The translations under genes and the position numbers were made by a program. From Treponemataceae bacterium (lineage in GTDB: Bacteria; Spirochaetota; Spirochaetia; Treponematales; Rectinemataceae), in assembly GCA_963677895.2 (NCBI GenBank), contig CAXXGJ010000002.1, positions 341,083-405,082 on the forward strand: DNA of 64,000 nt, read 5' to 3'. Below, piece after piece: positions 10,031-19,729 of the stretch. The notes under the pieces are model-generated. The model was given only the letters and a program-made list of their open reading frames with translations, was not told where the DNA came from and made no database searches. The first letter of the stretch is position 1; each line of letters begins with the position of its first letter.

Positions 10031-11988
10031 TTTCTTTCGCGTTCCTCCAGAGGCATCGAGACGATGGCGGTGAAACCTTGACCTTCGGCGCCCGCGAGAT
10101 CCAGCCTCGCGTCCTTGTACAGCAGTTCCAGCCGTTTCCTCACGTTGCCCAGCCCCACTCTTTCATGGAGGAGGCTCCCGTTCCCGACAGCCTCGAGCGA
10201 TGCCGGATCGCATCCTACGCCGTCATCCTGCACCTTCATGACGAGCGTGTCTTTTTCGATCCGAGCCCCGATAAAGAGCCTGCCCGGACCCATCTTGGGC
10301 TCCAGCCCATGGATGAAGGCGTTCTCGACGAGGGGTTGCACGATGAGCTTGGGAATATGGATGTCGTCGGTGCTTTCGTCGCTTTCGAACACGAAATCGA
10401 AGCGGTTTCCGTGTCTGAGTTTCTGCAGCTCGCAGTACTTTTCAAGGAAAGCGAATTCTTCGAAGACGGTGGTCCATTGGTCGTGGCCCAGCGCGTATCT
10501 CAACATATCCTTGAGCGCGATGATGGCAGTCTCCAGCTTTTCGGACTCGCCCATGCGGTTCAGGGCCATCAGCGAGGTGAGCACGTTGTATATGAAATGC
10601 GGCTGGATCTGGGCCTGCAGCGCCTCCAGTCCCGCGTCGTGCCGGGCGGCGAGGGCGGCGTGGACTTCCACGCTGTCCAGAACCTGGGCGGCGTAGTCGG
10701 CTATGGCGGTGAGCCGCGAGAATTCGAGGTCGGTAAAGCCTCGGTCGTCGCGCGCGAAGAGGAAATAGCCCGCGTTTTTTCTGCGCACCGTCATCGGCAC
10801 CACGAGAAGGGAGGCAATGGAGGTCGCGAATCCCAAGGTTCCGAGGCTGAAATTCTCGGCTGACAGTTCCTTGACGAAGAAGGTGGCGTTGGGCGTCGGC
10901 AGGATTCTATGGAACTCATCCAGCGTTCTCGCCTCTCCCTTGGGCCAGGCGGGCAGGGAATCGAAGCCGGATTTCGCGGCGAGCTGCAGGTCGCCGCCCT
11001 TGCGCGAGAAAACGCATACGCTGCGCGCGCCGCCTTCCCTCAGCAGGGCGTCGGAGAGTATCGAGAGGATGGTTTCGGAATCGGGCGCCTCGGGCAGCGC
11101 TTCGTTGACGTCCTTCAGGATGCTCGGAATCGATTCGACGTTCTTCTTGAGGTCGTCGGCCAGACGCTGGAAGGCCGAGCCGAGGGCTCCCAGCTCATCC
11201 TTGCTGCTTATGGGGACATGGACGGAGAAATCGCCCTCGGCTACTTTCCCGATCGCGCTTTGCAGGTTGCGTATGGAGACGAGTATTCCCGAGCTCAGGA
11301 GGTAGACGACGATGACGGTCAGGCTTCCGAGGAGGAGAACGGCGATGGCGAAGGTGAGGGTGGCGGCGCGCTCGAGGCTCTCCGCCTGGAGCCTTATGCC
11401 CCTGACGAAGCGATTGAGGAAGCTTTCGAAGATATTGTTGAGATAGAAAGAGGAATCGCGTATTTCGCCGAAAATCCCATAGAGGGACTCGTCCTTGCTC
11501 TCCTGTACCATCATGTAGAGGTCTTTTCCCTCAACGGGACTAAGGTCGCGGACTCTCTCGAAAAGGCCGGAGAGCCGCTCGAACTTGGCGAAGGCCTGGC
11601 CGGCGAGGGGAGCGGCCGTCTCGTAAGCCGACGAAAGTTCGGGATTTCGCTTAAGTATGTAGGTGATCATGTTGTCCTGCATGAAAATCCCGTACTCGTC
11701 GCGGAACAGCCCGGTTTCGTGGGCGAATTCCTTGCCCGTGACCAGGGACCTCGGAGCCAGGACCACCGATCTGAGCGCCTGGTAGGAATCGGGGGTGAAA
11801 AGGTCGAAAACGACATCCTTGAGGAGGCTGTATACCCTGCGGGAACGGGCTATCAGCGACATTCCGTTCTCCACCACCGTCTTCATTTCCCTCACGCGGG
11901 CGAAGGTGGTGACCGACAATGCCGAGAGTCCGACGAAGCCTATCAGTTCAACGAGGAGTACGGCGAGAAATTTCGTTCGGATGCGCAC
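10027..11988 (-). CDS. Sensor histidine kinase, YesM/LytS type with HAMP and GAF-like insert
   Basis: Two TM segments, HAMP (GDFSV..SKDELGALG), LQAQIQPHFIYNVL, QPLVENAFIHG, DDGVG, GLGNV. Confidence 0.9.
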   Translation of the reverse strand: MRIRTKFLAVLLVELIGFVGLSALSVTTFARVREMKTVVENGMSLIARSRRVYSLLKDVVFDLFTPDSYQALRSVVLAPRSLVTGKEFAHETGLFRDEYGIFMQDNMITYILKRNPELSSAYETAAPLAGQAFAKFERLSGLFERVRDLSPVEGKDLYMMVQESKDESLYGIFGEIRDSSFYLNNIFESFLNRFVRGIRLQAESLERAATLTFAIAVLLLGSLTVIVVYLLSSGILVSIRNLQSAIGKVAEGDFSVHVPISSKDELGALGSAFQRLADDLKKNVESIPSILKDVNEALPEAPDSETILSILSDALLREGGARSVCVFSRKGGDLQLAAKSGFDSLPAWPKGEARTLDEFHRILPTPNATFFVKELSAENFSLGTLGFATSIASLLVVPMTVRRKNAGYFLFARDDRGFTDLEFSRLTAIADYAAQVLDSVEVHAALAARHDAGLEALQAQIQPHFIYNVLTSLMALNRMGESEKLETAIIALKDMLRYALGHDQWTTVFEEFAFLEKYCELQKLRHGNRFDFVFESDESTDDIHIPKLIVQPLVENAFIHGLEPKMGPGRLFIGARIEKDTLVMKVQDDGVGCDPASLEAVGNGSLLHERVGLGNVRKRLELLYKDARLDLAGAEGQGFTAIVSMPLEERERK

Positions 11989-12028
11989 CGCGAAACAATA
12001 TCATGGCGCGACGAATACCGCAAATTCT

Positions 12029-13477
12029 TTATGGCCGGGAGGAATCGCGGGAAGAATCGCGCAGGCGAAGAATCTCCTGCCTGAGAAACTTTTCCATATA
12101 CTGCAGTTCGCGTTCGCTCAGGCCGGAACCCAGGATAAGGTGTTTCGTGCCCGCCTCTATCTTGAGTTCCTTGGCCGCGATGTTGTTGACCTGCGTGCGC
12201 GAAGTAACCACCTGAATCGAGCCAATATCCTTGAGGGGCCAGGATGCGAGGCGTTCGCGGCCGAAGATTTCGGTGCGGAAATGGAAGTCGTCGCGCGTCA
12301 GGAGAATGCCGTATTTCGTGAATCGGGGCGCCAGGATGGTTTTCCCCATGAAGATGCCGACGCCCCAGAAGGGGAGGCTGAACATGGGGAACATCATGGG
12401 AGCCCGCATTCTCAAGGTCATGAGCGTCCAGAAAGCGATGAAGCCGATCCAGGCCGCCGCGAATATCACGCCGGGGCCTGACGATGCCCTGATGCCCGCG
12501 CGGGGTATCGTCAGGCTGGTGCTATCCTCCGTCCGCTCGATGACGACTTTGCTTTCTTCGGGCAGGCTTTCTGGGTAGGCCGTGCCAGCGTACTTTCTCG
12601 CCCCGGTTTCGGGTGCCGCGGAGGAATGCCGCGCTTGGCTTTGCGGCGGTATCCGCGATGTTTCCGGCACCTCGATCTCTCCGCGAAGTATAGCGGCGGC
12701 CTTGGCCGCGGGAAGGCTCCGGCGGCTGACGTCGGGATCGAGCCAGGAGGAAAGGACGCTGTCCAGCCTGGGCGAAATGTCGACGATGCCGCTCAGGTCT
12801 ATTTTTAGGCCGCTCGTGGGCAGTTCGGCCGGATTTCTGCCTGTCAGGAGAAAGACGGCCGTCGCGGCCGCGCCGTAGAGATCGGAGCGATGCGTCGCCC
12901 TGCCGGCTACCTGTTCCAGGGGGATGTAGCCCGCCGTTCCCACCAGGGTGGCCCCGGGGAAAAGCGCCGTCCGTACGGCGTCCTGGACGCCGGAAAAATC
13001 GACGAGAGCGATCGTGTCGTCCTTTCTGAGGATGATGTTGCGCGGGTTCACGTCCCTGTGGACGATGGGAGGACGCAGGGAGCCAAGGTAGGCAAGGATT
13101 TCGGAGAGCTCAGCCAGAATCCTCTCGACATCGGCTTCGGTGAATTTTCTGCCCGACCTGACGATCTTTTCGAGATCCTGTCCTTCTATATATTCCATGG
13201 CGAGCACGAGGCGCAGGCGGCCTTCCGACTCTGCCTCGAAGCTGTCGAAATACCCCGGAATTCCGGGATGGGCGAGGCTTTTCAGCGCCTCGGCCTCGCG
13301 TCTGAATATGTCCACCATATTCCAGGAGGATGTTTCGGTGAGGTCCAGTACCTTGAGCACGGCCTGGGGCTTGCCCGACTCCGGATTCTCCGGGCTGGCG
13401 AGCCATGTCGAGGCGGAGATTCCCCTCCCCAGCTGCCGTATGAGTCTATATTCCCCTATTTTTTCCGATTCTTTCAA
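12029..13477 (-). CDS. Hanks-type Ser/Thr protein kinase with two C-terminal TM helices
   Basis: LGRG, AVLK, HRDVNPRN, VDFSG, GTAGY..EQ, SDLYG; hydrophobic hairpin after the kinase domain. Confidence 0.85.
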   Translation of the reverse strand: MKESEKIGEYRLIRQLGRGISASTWLASPENPESGKPQAVLKVLDLTETSSWNMVDIFRREAEALKSLAHPGIPGYFDSFEAESEGRLRLVLAMEYIEGQDLEKIVRSGRKFTEADVERILAELSEILAYLGSLRPPIVHRDVNPRNIILRKDDTIALVDFSGVQDAVRTALFPGATLVGTAGYIPLEQVAGRATHRSDLYGAAATAVFLLTGRNPAELPTSGLKIDLSGIVDISPRLDSVLSSWLDPDVSRRSLPAAKAAAILRGEIEVPETSRIPPQSQARHSSAAPETGARKYAGTAYPESLPEESKVVIERTEDSTSLTIPRAGIRASSGPGVIFAAAWIGFIAFWTLMTLRMRAPMMFPMFSLPFWGVGIFMGKTILAPRFTKYGILLTRDDFHFRTEIFGRERLASWPLKDIGSIQVVTSRTQVNNIAAKELKIEAGTKHLILGSGLSERELQYMEKFLRQEILRLRDSSRDSSRP

Positions 13478-13504
13478 CGAGCGTATTCCTTACGGACCGA
13501 GCGT

Positions 13505-14071
13505 TTATTCTCTGGACTCATCCCGGTAATCGTTTATCATGTTCGCTTTCTTGAGCGCTTCGAGCGCCTTGGCTCTCTCCATTCTGAGCCCCAGTTCCTC
13601 GTAGGTGTCGGCCAGGTTGAACCAGGCTTCGGCCATATCGGGATCGATGGCTACCGCTTTCTCGAAACATTTTCGCGCTTCGGCATATTCGGATTTCCTG
13701 AAGCGAATGACGCCCAAGTCGTTCCAGGCCTGCGCGAAATCGGGACGCTGTTCGATGGCGTTCCCGTATAGATCGGCGGCGCTCGCGAAATCATCTTCCT
13801 CGTAGGAGAGGAGGCCGAGGGCGTGGATGAAGTCAGGCTCTCCGGGGTTGAGACGCAGCGCTTCCAGCAGATCCTGCCTCGCTCCCGAAAAATCCCCCGT
13901 CAGCCTTCTGGCCTCGGCCCGGTTGAAGAGAATGCCCGGCAGGTCCGGATTCAGGGAGAGCGCCTCGGTAAAAACGGCTATCGCTTCGGGATATCTTCCC
14001 GAGTCGGTCATCCTGATCCCCTTGGTATTCAGCGACGAGATCTCGGGATTTTGATCGGACTGCGCCTGCAT
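13505..14071 (-). CDS. Tetratricopeptide repeat protein
   Basis: Repeated TPR motifs (AWNDLG, AWFNLA, A+.+.P); start set at ATG 14071 after AGGAGG. Confidence 0.85.
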   Translation of the reverse strand: MQAQSDQNPEISSLNTKGIRMTDSGRYPEAIAVFTEALSLNPDLPGILFNRAEARRLTGDFSGARQDLLEALRLNPGEPDFIHALGLLSYEEDDFASAADLYGNAIEQRPDFAQAWNDLGVIRFRKSEYAEARKCFEKAVAIDPDMAEAWFNLADTYEELGLRMERAKALEALKKANMINDYRDESRE

Positions 14072-14268
14072 ATGCGTCCTCCTTGGATCTGGCATACTTC
14101 CGGTTCCTGGTGACCGGTACAATGCCCTATGCCTACGAATGATAATGGATTTTTCGACAAAGGTCATTATAATTACCATGAATGGGCAAATTTGTTTGCC
14201 GCAACGCTTTATTTCTTAAACGATATATTTTTATCTATAATAAAATGCTGTCGATGCCCAATCGGGGC

Positions 14269-14297
14269 TTGTCTAAAATATGAAGGACTTGTATAAT
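14269..14297 (+). promoter_or_regulatory. sigma70-like promoter of the hydrogenase operon
   Basis: TTGTCT-17 nt-TATAAT in an AT-rich intergenic region, upstream of GGAGG RBS and ATG 14356. Confidence 0.7.
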
Positions 14298-14355
14298 GTC
14301 AATATATTATTATCGATATAGTTGTACTTATATATAGCAATGTGGAGGTAGTGGC

Positions 14356-14832
14356 ATGCCGGCTGCGAACATCGAATTTTCGGGCGAACTGAACGGCTTT
14401 ATCGAGGAATGGGGCAAGAAACCCGGTGGGCTCGTCATGATGCTTCACCGTATCCAGAACGAATTCGGCTATATCCCGCGCGAAGCGGCCGAAAAACTGT
14501 CCAGAATGGTCGGGCTTCCCCTGGCCAAGATATACGGCGTCATCACCTTCTATCATTTCTTCAAGACCAAGATGCCCGGAAAGCACAGAATCGCCATGTG
14601 CATGGGCACCGCATGCTATCTCAAGGGAGCTCAGGACATCGTCGAAGAGGCGAGATCCATTCTGGGAATCTCCGGGGACGATGTCACCGACGACGCCCTT
14701 TTCAGCATCGACGAAGTGCGCTGCCTCGGCTGCTGCGGCCTCGCTCCCGTCATCCAGGTGGACGACGAAGTATACGGCAAGGTCACCAAGGATCAGCTTC
14801 CGGATATCATCGTAAAATACAGGAATCTTTGA
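14356..14832 (+). CDS. hndA: [FeFe]-hydrogenase NuoE-like [2Fe-2S] subunit (HndA/HydC-like)
   Basis: GVITFYHFF, CMGTACYLKGA, CLGCCGLAPV. Confidence 0.88.
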   Translation: MPAANIEFSGELNGFIEEWGKKPGGLVMMLHRIQNEFGYIPREAAEKLSRMVGLPLAKIYGVITFYHFFKTKMPGKHRIAMCMGTACYLKGAQDIVEEARSILGISGDDVTDDALFSIDEVRCLGCCGLAPVIQVDDEVYGKVTKDQLPDIIVKYRNL

Positions 14833-14866
14833 CGAAGGCCCTCGCGACCGTCGGGCAGGTTTTTTA

Positions 14867-15418
14867 ATGCACTACGAAATCGTCGATTTCCTGATCGACA
14901 TCGTGCAGAACTCCTGCGAGGCGGGCGCCAGGTCCATAGACGTCGCTTTGGATGAAGACGAAGCGAAGGTCAGCGTCCGGGTGAGCGATGACGGGAAAGG
15001 GATGGATGCCGATCAGCTTCGGCGCGCCCTCGATCCCTTCGTCACCGATGGGCGCAAACATCCCGGCCGGAAGGTGGGGCTTGGGCTGCCTTTTTTAAAG
15101 CAGGCCACCGACCAGGACGGCGGGGAATTCTTCATCGAATCGGAGAAGGGGCGGGGAACCGAAGTGGCTTTCCGTTTCGACAGGAAAAACGTGGATTGCC
15201 CCCCCTCGGGCGACGTGCCGGGAATGCTGCTCACGATTTTATGCCTGCCCGGAGCGCATGAGATGACCATCTCCAGGAAGCGGGGCGGGTCTTCGTACGA
15301 ACTTAAGAAGAGCGAGTTGACAGAGGCGCTTGGGAATCTCGAAGAGGTTTCCTCGCTCGCTCTGCTGAAGCAATATTTGCGATCGCAGGAAGAAGGAGTA
15401 GACCTATGGCAAGGATGA
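14867..15418 (+). CDS. Stand-alone HATPase_c (histidine kinase/anti-sigma-like ATPase) inside the hydrogenase operon
   Basis: DIVQNSCEAGA (N box), DDGKGM (G1), DPFVT, GLGLP (G2), IESEKGRGT; no His-phosphoacceptor domain. Confidence 0.85.
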   Translation: MHYEIVDFLIDIVQNSCEAGARSIDVALDEDEAKVSVRVSDDGKGMDADQLRRALDPFVTDGRKHPGRKVGLGLPFLKQATDQDGGEFFIESEKGRGTEVAFRFDRKNVDCPPSGDVPGMLLTILCLPGAHEMTISRKRGGSSYELKKSELTEALGNLEEVSSLALLKQYLRSQEEGVDLWQG

Positions 15419-15843
15419 CCCTCGACGAGCTTCGGGCGCTTCGTGATTCGAAACGTCAGGACTTGGCGCGGCGGGATGTGGAAGGCAAGGACATCCAGAT
15501 TATTGTCGGAATGGGAACGTGCGGGATCGCCGCCGGCGCGAAGCTTACCTTCGATGCTCTCGTCGATTCGATCCAGAAACACGGCCTTGAAAACAAGGTT
15601 CTCATCAGACAGACCGGATGCATGGGACTCTGCTATGTGGAACCGACCGTCGAAGTGCTGTTCCCCGGGATGCCCACCGTCATCTACGGAAAGATGACCA
15701 AGGACACGGCCGAGGAATTCGTGCAGAAGCATTTGATCGAGCATACTTTGCTCGACAATCATATTTTCGACCGCCCGGCGGCCGACATAGTCGCTAAGAC
15801 CGATGGCGCCGCCTTCCGCGATGCTCCTAAGGGAGGCAGATGA
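15406..15843 (+). CDS. hndB: Thioredoxin-like [2Fe-2S] ferredoxin subunit (HndB-like)
   Basis: VGMGTCGIAAGA and TGCMGLCYVEP. Confidence 0.85.
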   Translation: MARMTLDELRALRDSKRQDLARRDVEGKDIQIIVGMGTCGIAAGAKLTFDALVDSIQKHGLENKVLIRQTGCMGLCYVEPTVEVLFPGMPTVIYGKMTKDTAEEFVQKHLIEHTLLDNHIFDRPAADIVAKTDGAAFRDAPKGGR

Positions 15844-17633
15844 TGGCGAAGAAGAACTTCATACTCGTCTGCGGAGGCACCGGCTGCGAATCCTCGAAGA
15901 GCGACGAGATCTATCGCACTTTAATAAAGGAAGCCGAGCTCCAGGGCGTCAAGGACGACGTGCAGATCGTCAAGACCGGCTGTTTCGGCTTCTGCGAAAA
16001 AGGTCCCATCGTCAAAGTGCTTCCCTCCGAATCCTTCTATGTCGAAGTAAAACCCGAGGACGCGAAGGAAATCATCGCCGAACAGGTGATCAAGGGACGC
16101 GAGGTCAAGAGGCTCCTCTACAAGAAGGACCAGAAGACCGCCGATAACGTGAAAGTCCAGGACATCGAATTCTACCAGAAACAGTTCCGCATCGTTTTGC
16201 GCAACTGCGGCGTCATCAACCCCGAGAACATCGAGGAGTATATCGCCCGCGATGGCTATGTCGCCCTCGAGAAAGCTCTCTTCGAGATGAGTCCCCAGCA
16301 GATCATCGATACGGTCAAGGCTTCGGGCCTGCGCGGCCGAGGCGGCGCGGGATTCCCCACCGGCATCAAGTGGGAGACCGCCAGCAAGGTCAAGAGCGAC
16401 GTGAAATACGTCGTCTGCAACGCCGACGAGGGCGACCCTGGCGCTTACATGGACAGATCCACGATCGAAGGCGATCCGCATTCGATCCTGGAAGCGATGA
16501 TGATCGCCGGAAAGGCCATCGGTTCCAACAGCGGTTACGTGTACATCCGCGCCGAATATCCGCTCGCCATCGAAAGGCTTAAAGTAGCCATCCAGCAGGC
16601 CAAGGAAATGGGCCTCATGGGCAAGAACATCCTGGGATCCGGCTTCGACTTCGACGTCGAAATCCGCCTGGGCGCCGGCGCCTTCGTCTGCGGCGAAGAG
16701 ACGGCCCTGCTCAAATCCATCGAAGGCGACCGCGGCATGCCCATTCCCAAGCCGCCATTCCCCGCCATCAAGGGCCTCTGGGGCAAGCCGACCATCATCA
16801 ACAACGTCGAAACCCTGGCCAACGTCCCCGTCATCATGACGAAGGGACCCGAATGGTTCGCTTCCATCGGCACCGACAAGTCCAAGGGAACCAAGGTTTT
16901 CGCCCTCACCGGCAAGATCAACAACTCGGGCCTCATCGAAGTCCCTATGGGCACCACGCTGCGCGAGATCATCTTCGATATCGGCGGCGGCATCAGGAAC
17001 GGCAAGAAGTTTAAGGGTGTCCAGACCGGCGGACCCTCCGGCGGCATCATCGTCGAGAAAGACCTCGATGTCCCGATTTCCTATGAGAGTCTCGTGGCCC
17101 TCGGCTCCATGATGGGCTCGGGCGGCATGATCGTCATGGACGAAGACGACTGCGTCGTCGATGTCTCCAAGTTCTACATGGCCTTCTGCGTCGACGAATC
17201 CTGCGGAAAATGCGCCCCCTGCCGCATCGGCACCAACCAGATGCACGCCCTCCTCGACAAGATCACCAAGGGCAAGGGCGAGGAAAAAGACCTGGAGAGC
17301 CTGGAGAGGATCGGAAAGGCGATGACGAAGGCCTCCCTCTGCATGCTGGGCGGTTCGGCGGCCAATCCGACGATGGCGACCATCCGTCACTTCAGGGACG
17401 AATATCTCGAACACATCCAAGAACACAAGTGCCGGGCTGGAAAATGCAAGGATCTCATCGTCTACTCGATCGATCCGGCGAAATGCATAGGCTGCGGGCT
17501 CTGCGCGCGCAAATGCCCAGTGCCTTGCATCGCGGGCGAGAAGAAACAGCCTCATGTGATCGACGCCTTGCGCTGTCTGAAATGCGGCGAGTGTTTCAAG
17601 GCCTGCAAATTCGGCGCAGTGGTCAAGAGCTAA
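15840..17633 (+). CDS. hndC: [FeFe]-hydrogenase NuoF-like flavin/NAD-binding subunit (HndC/HydB-like)
   Basis: GLRGRGGAGFPTG, CNADEGDPGAYMDR, GAGAFVCGEETAL, ESCGKCAPCRIG, C-terminal 2[4Fe-4S] domain. Confidence 0.92.
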   Translation: MMAKKNFILVCGGTGCESSKSDEIYRTLIKEAELQGVKDDVQIVKTGCFGFCEKGPIVKVLPSESFYVEVKPEDAKEIIAEQVIKGREVKRLLYKKDQKTADNVKVQDIEFYQKQFRIVLRNCGVINPENIEEYIARDGYVALEKALFEMSPQQIIDTVKASGLRGRGGAGFPTGIKWETASKVKSDVKYVVCNADEGDPGAYMDRSTIEGDPHSILEAMMIAGKAIGSNSGYVYIRAEYPLAIERLKVAIQQAKEMGLMGKNILGSGFDFDVEIRLGAGAFVCGEETALLKSIEGDRGMPIPKPPFPAIKGLWGKPTIINNVETLANVPVIMTKGPEWFASIGTDKSKGTKVFALTGKINNSGLIEVPMGTTLREIIFDIGGGIRNGKKFKGVQTGGPSGGIIVEKDLDVPISYESLVALGSMMGSGGMIVMDEDDCVVDVSKFYMAFCVDESCGKCAPCRIGTNQMHALLDKITKGKGEEKDLESLERIGKAMTKASLCMLGGSAANPTMATIRHFRDEYLEHIQEHKCRAGKCKDLIVYSIDPAKCIGCGLCARKCPVPCIAGEKKQPHVIDALRCLKCGECFKACKFGAVVKS

Positions 17634-17651
17634 GGACGGGGAGAAACTACC

Positions 17652-19436
17652 ATGATCAATTGCAAGGTTAACGGAATAGCGGTACAGGTCGCCGAAGGCT
17701 CCACGGTCCTCGACGCGGCCAAGAAAGCCAACGTCAAGATACCCACGCTCTGCTACAATCCCGATCTCGCCCCCTGGGCGGCATGCGGCATCTGCGTCGT
17801 GAGGGTGGAAGGCAGCAACAAGATGCTCAGGTCCTGCTGCACCCCGGTTTCGGAAAACATGAGCGTCATCACCAACGATGCCGAACTCGTGCAGATCCGC
17901 AAGACGGTAATAGAACTCATTCTCTCCACGCATCCCGACGACTGCCTCGCCTGCCCCCGCAACCAGGACTGCGAACTGCAGACCCTGGCCCAGGAGTTCG
18001 GCATCCGCCAGCAGTCCTTCCCGAAGCGTCTGCGCGATCTTCCGATCGACGACACCACGGGATCGATCATCCTCAATCCCGAAAAATGCATCCGCTGCGG
18101 CCGCTGCGTGACCGTGTGCCAGCAGATGCAGAACGTGTGGGCCATCGAGTTCCTCGGACGCGGCGAATCCACGCGCATCGCCCCGGCCGCCGACGTCAAG
18201 CTGGGCGAAAGCCCCTGCATCAGGTGCGGCCAGTGCTCGGCGCACTGCCCCGTCGGCGCCATCTACGAGAACGACCAGACGCAGCTTGTCTGGGACGCCC
18301 TCATGAAGACTGGTCCCGAAGCCAAGACCTGCGTCGTCCAGATAGCCCCGGCCGTCCGCGTCGCCCTCGGCGAAGCCTTCGGTCTGCCGGCCGGAACCGA
18401 CGTCACCAAGAAAATCTATACGGCATTCAGGCGGATGGGTTTCGACGCCATCTTCGACACGAATTTCTCGGCCGACCTCACCATACTCGAGGAAGGCACC
18501 GAGTTCGTGAAAAGGCTGACCTCGGCCCTCCAGAACGGCCTCGGCGCCGCGACGAAGGAAAGGTCCATGCCTCTCATCACTTCCTGCTGTCCTGCCTGGG
18601 TCGACTACATGGAGAAATACTATCCGGACATGGTCCCGAACTTCTCCACCGCGAAGAGTCCGCAGCAGATGATGGGCGCCATGATCAAGACCTACTGGGC
18701 TCAGAAAGCCGGCGTGGATCCCTCCAAGATCTTCTCCGTGTCGATCATGCCCTGCACGGCCAAGAAATATGAGACGCACCGCGACGAAACCATGTATTCC
18801 TCGGGATACCAGGATGTCGATGTCGCCATCACCACGCGCGAACTGGCGAGGATGATCAAGCAGGCCGGCATCGATCTCCTCAATCTCCCCGAATCCGAGG
18901 CCGACAGCCCGCTGGGACCCTATACCGGCGCCGGCGCCATCTTCGGCGCGACGGGCGGCGTCATGGAAGCCGCTCTGCGTTCGGCCTATTTCCTCGTCAC
19001 CGGCGAAGATCTGAAGGACGTCAACTTCACCGCCGTCCGCGGCATTTCCGGAATCAAGGAAGCCAGCGTCCACATCGCCGGCATCGAAATCCGCGTGGCC
19101 GTCGCTCACCAGATGGGCAACATCCAGCAGGTTTTGGATCAGGTCAGAAAGGCTCGCGAGGAAGGCAAGGACACGCCCTGGCATTTCATCGAAGTCATGG
19201 CCTGCCGCGGCGGCTGCATCGGCGGCGGCGGACAGCCCTATGGAGCCACCGACGAGATCCGCACGAAGCGCATGCGCGCTCTCTACGACCACGACGAGAA
19301 CCAGGAATACCGCTGCTCGCACAACAATCCCTATATCAAGCAGGTATATGCCGAGTTCCTCGAGGCGCCGGGAAGCCCGAAGGCTCATCACCTCCTCCAT
19401 ACCCACTATGAAGGAAAGCCTCTGTTCCTGAAATAA
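17652..19436 (+). CDS. hndD: [FeFe]-hydrogenase catalytic subunit, group A (HndD/HydA-like)
   Basis: H-cluster motifs TSCCPAW, MPCTAKKYE and EVMACRGGCIGGGGQP; N-terminal [2Fe-2S], His-ligated and 2[4Fe-4S] motifs; C-terminal HHLLHTHY. Confidence 0.95.
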   Translation: MINCKVNGIAVQVAEGSTVLDAAKKANVKIPTLCYNPDLAPWAACGICVVRVEGSNKMLRSCCTPVSENMSVITNDAELVQIRKTVIELILSTHPDDCLACPRNQDCELQTLAQEFGIRQQSFPKRLRDLPIDDTTGSIILNPEKCIRCGRCVTVCQQMQNVWAIEFLGRGESTRIAPAADVKLGESPCIRCGQCSAHCPVGAIYENDQTQLVWDALMKTGPEAKTCVVQIAPAVRVALGEAFGLPAGTDVTKKIYTAFRRMGFDAIFDTNFSADLTILEEGTEFVKRLTSALQNGLGAATKERSMPLITSCCPAWVDYMEKYYPDMVPNFSTAKSPQQMMGAMIKTYWAQKAGVDPSKIFSVSIMPCTAKKYETHRDETMYSSGYQDVDVAITTRELARMIKQAGIDLLNLPESEADSPLGPYTGAGAIFGATGGVMEAALRSAYFLVTGEDLKDVNFTAVRGISGIKEASVHIAGIEIRVAVAHQMGNIQQVLDQVRKAREEGKDTPWHFIEVMACRGGCIGGGGQPYGATDEIRTKRMRALYDHDENQEYRCSHNNPYIKQVYAEFLEAPGSPKAHHLLHTHYEGKPLFLK

Positions 19437-19441
19437 ACGTT

Positions 19442-19512
19442 AGGCGCTGAACTTTCAGCGCCTGAAAACGAAAGGCAGGCGGAATCCCTAAAGGATTCCG
19501 CCTGCCTTTTTT
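19442..19512 (+). terminator. Tandem hairpins and intrinsic terminator after the hydrogenase operon
   Basis: AGGCGCTGA..TCAGCGCCT, then AAAGGCAGGCGGAATCC-ctaaa-GGATTCCGCCTGCCTTT plus T-tract. Confidence 0.85.
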
Positions 19513-19541
19513 AATTCCTGACGGCCCTGTGCCGACGCGGC

Positions 19542-19718
19542 TTATGCCTGTTTGGAAGGCTTTGTGATGGTGATCGTCACCGTGGAAGCGTTTTCCGCGC
19601 CTTTCAGCGCGCCCGTCATGGCCGCGATCGTGTCGAAGAAGAGCTTCGAGACAAAGGGCACCAGGGGCAGTTCCTGGCCGTCGCAGTAAATGTGGATTTC
19701 CTTTCCGTCTTCGGTCAT
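19542..19718 (-). CDS. Small protein resembling the C-terminal extension found on some MobB proteins
   Basis: AGGAGG 6 nt before ATG 19718; MTEDGKEIHIYCDGQELPLVPFVSKLFFDTIAAMTGALKG; directly after mobB. Confidence 0.6.
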   Translation of the reverse strand: MTEDGKEIHIYCDGQELPLVPFVSKLFFDTIAAMTGALKGAENASTVTITITKPSKQA

Positions 19719-19729
19719 CGCCATCCTCC

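Noticed and set aside
14323..14341. Rex operator upstream of the hydrogenase operon (TTGTACTTATATATAGCAA)
   Set aside because: Spacing is 19 rather than 18 bp and the inner bases match poorly in an AT-rich region; too weak to call
15921..19406. 1161-aa ORF antisense to the hydrogenase genes
   Set aside because: Mirror frame of strongly codon-biased GC-rich genes, with no recognisable motifs or RBS; the same applies to the many other long antisense ORFs in the track
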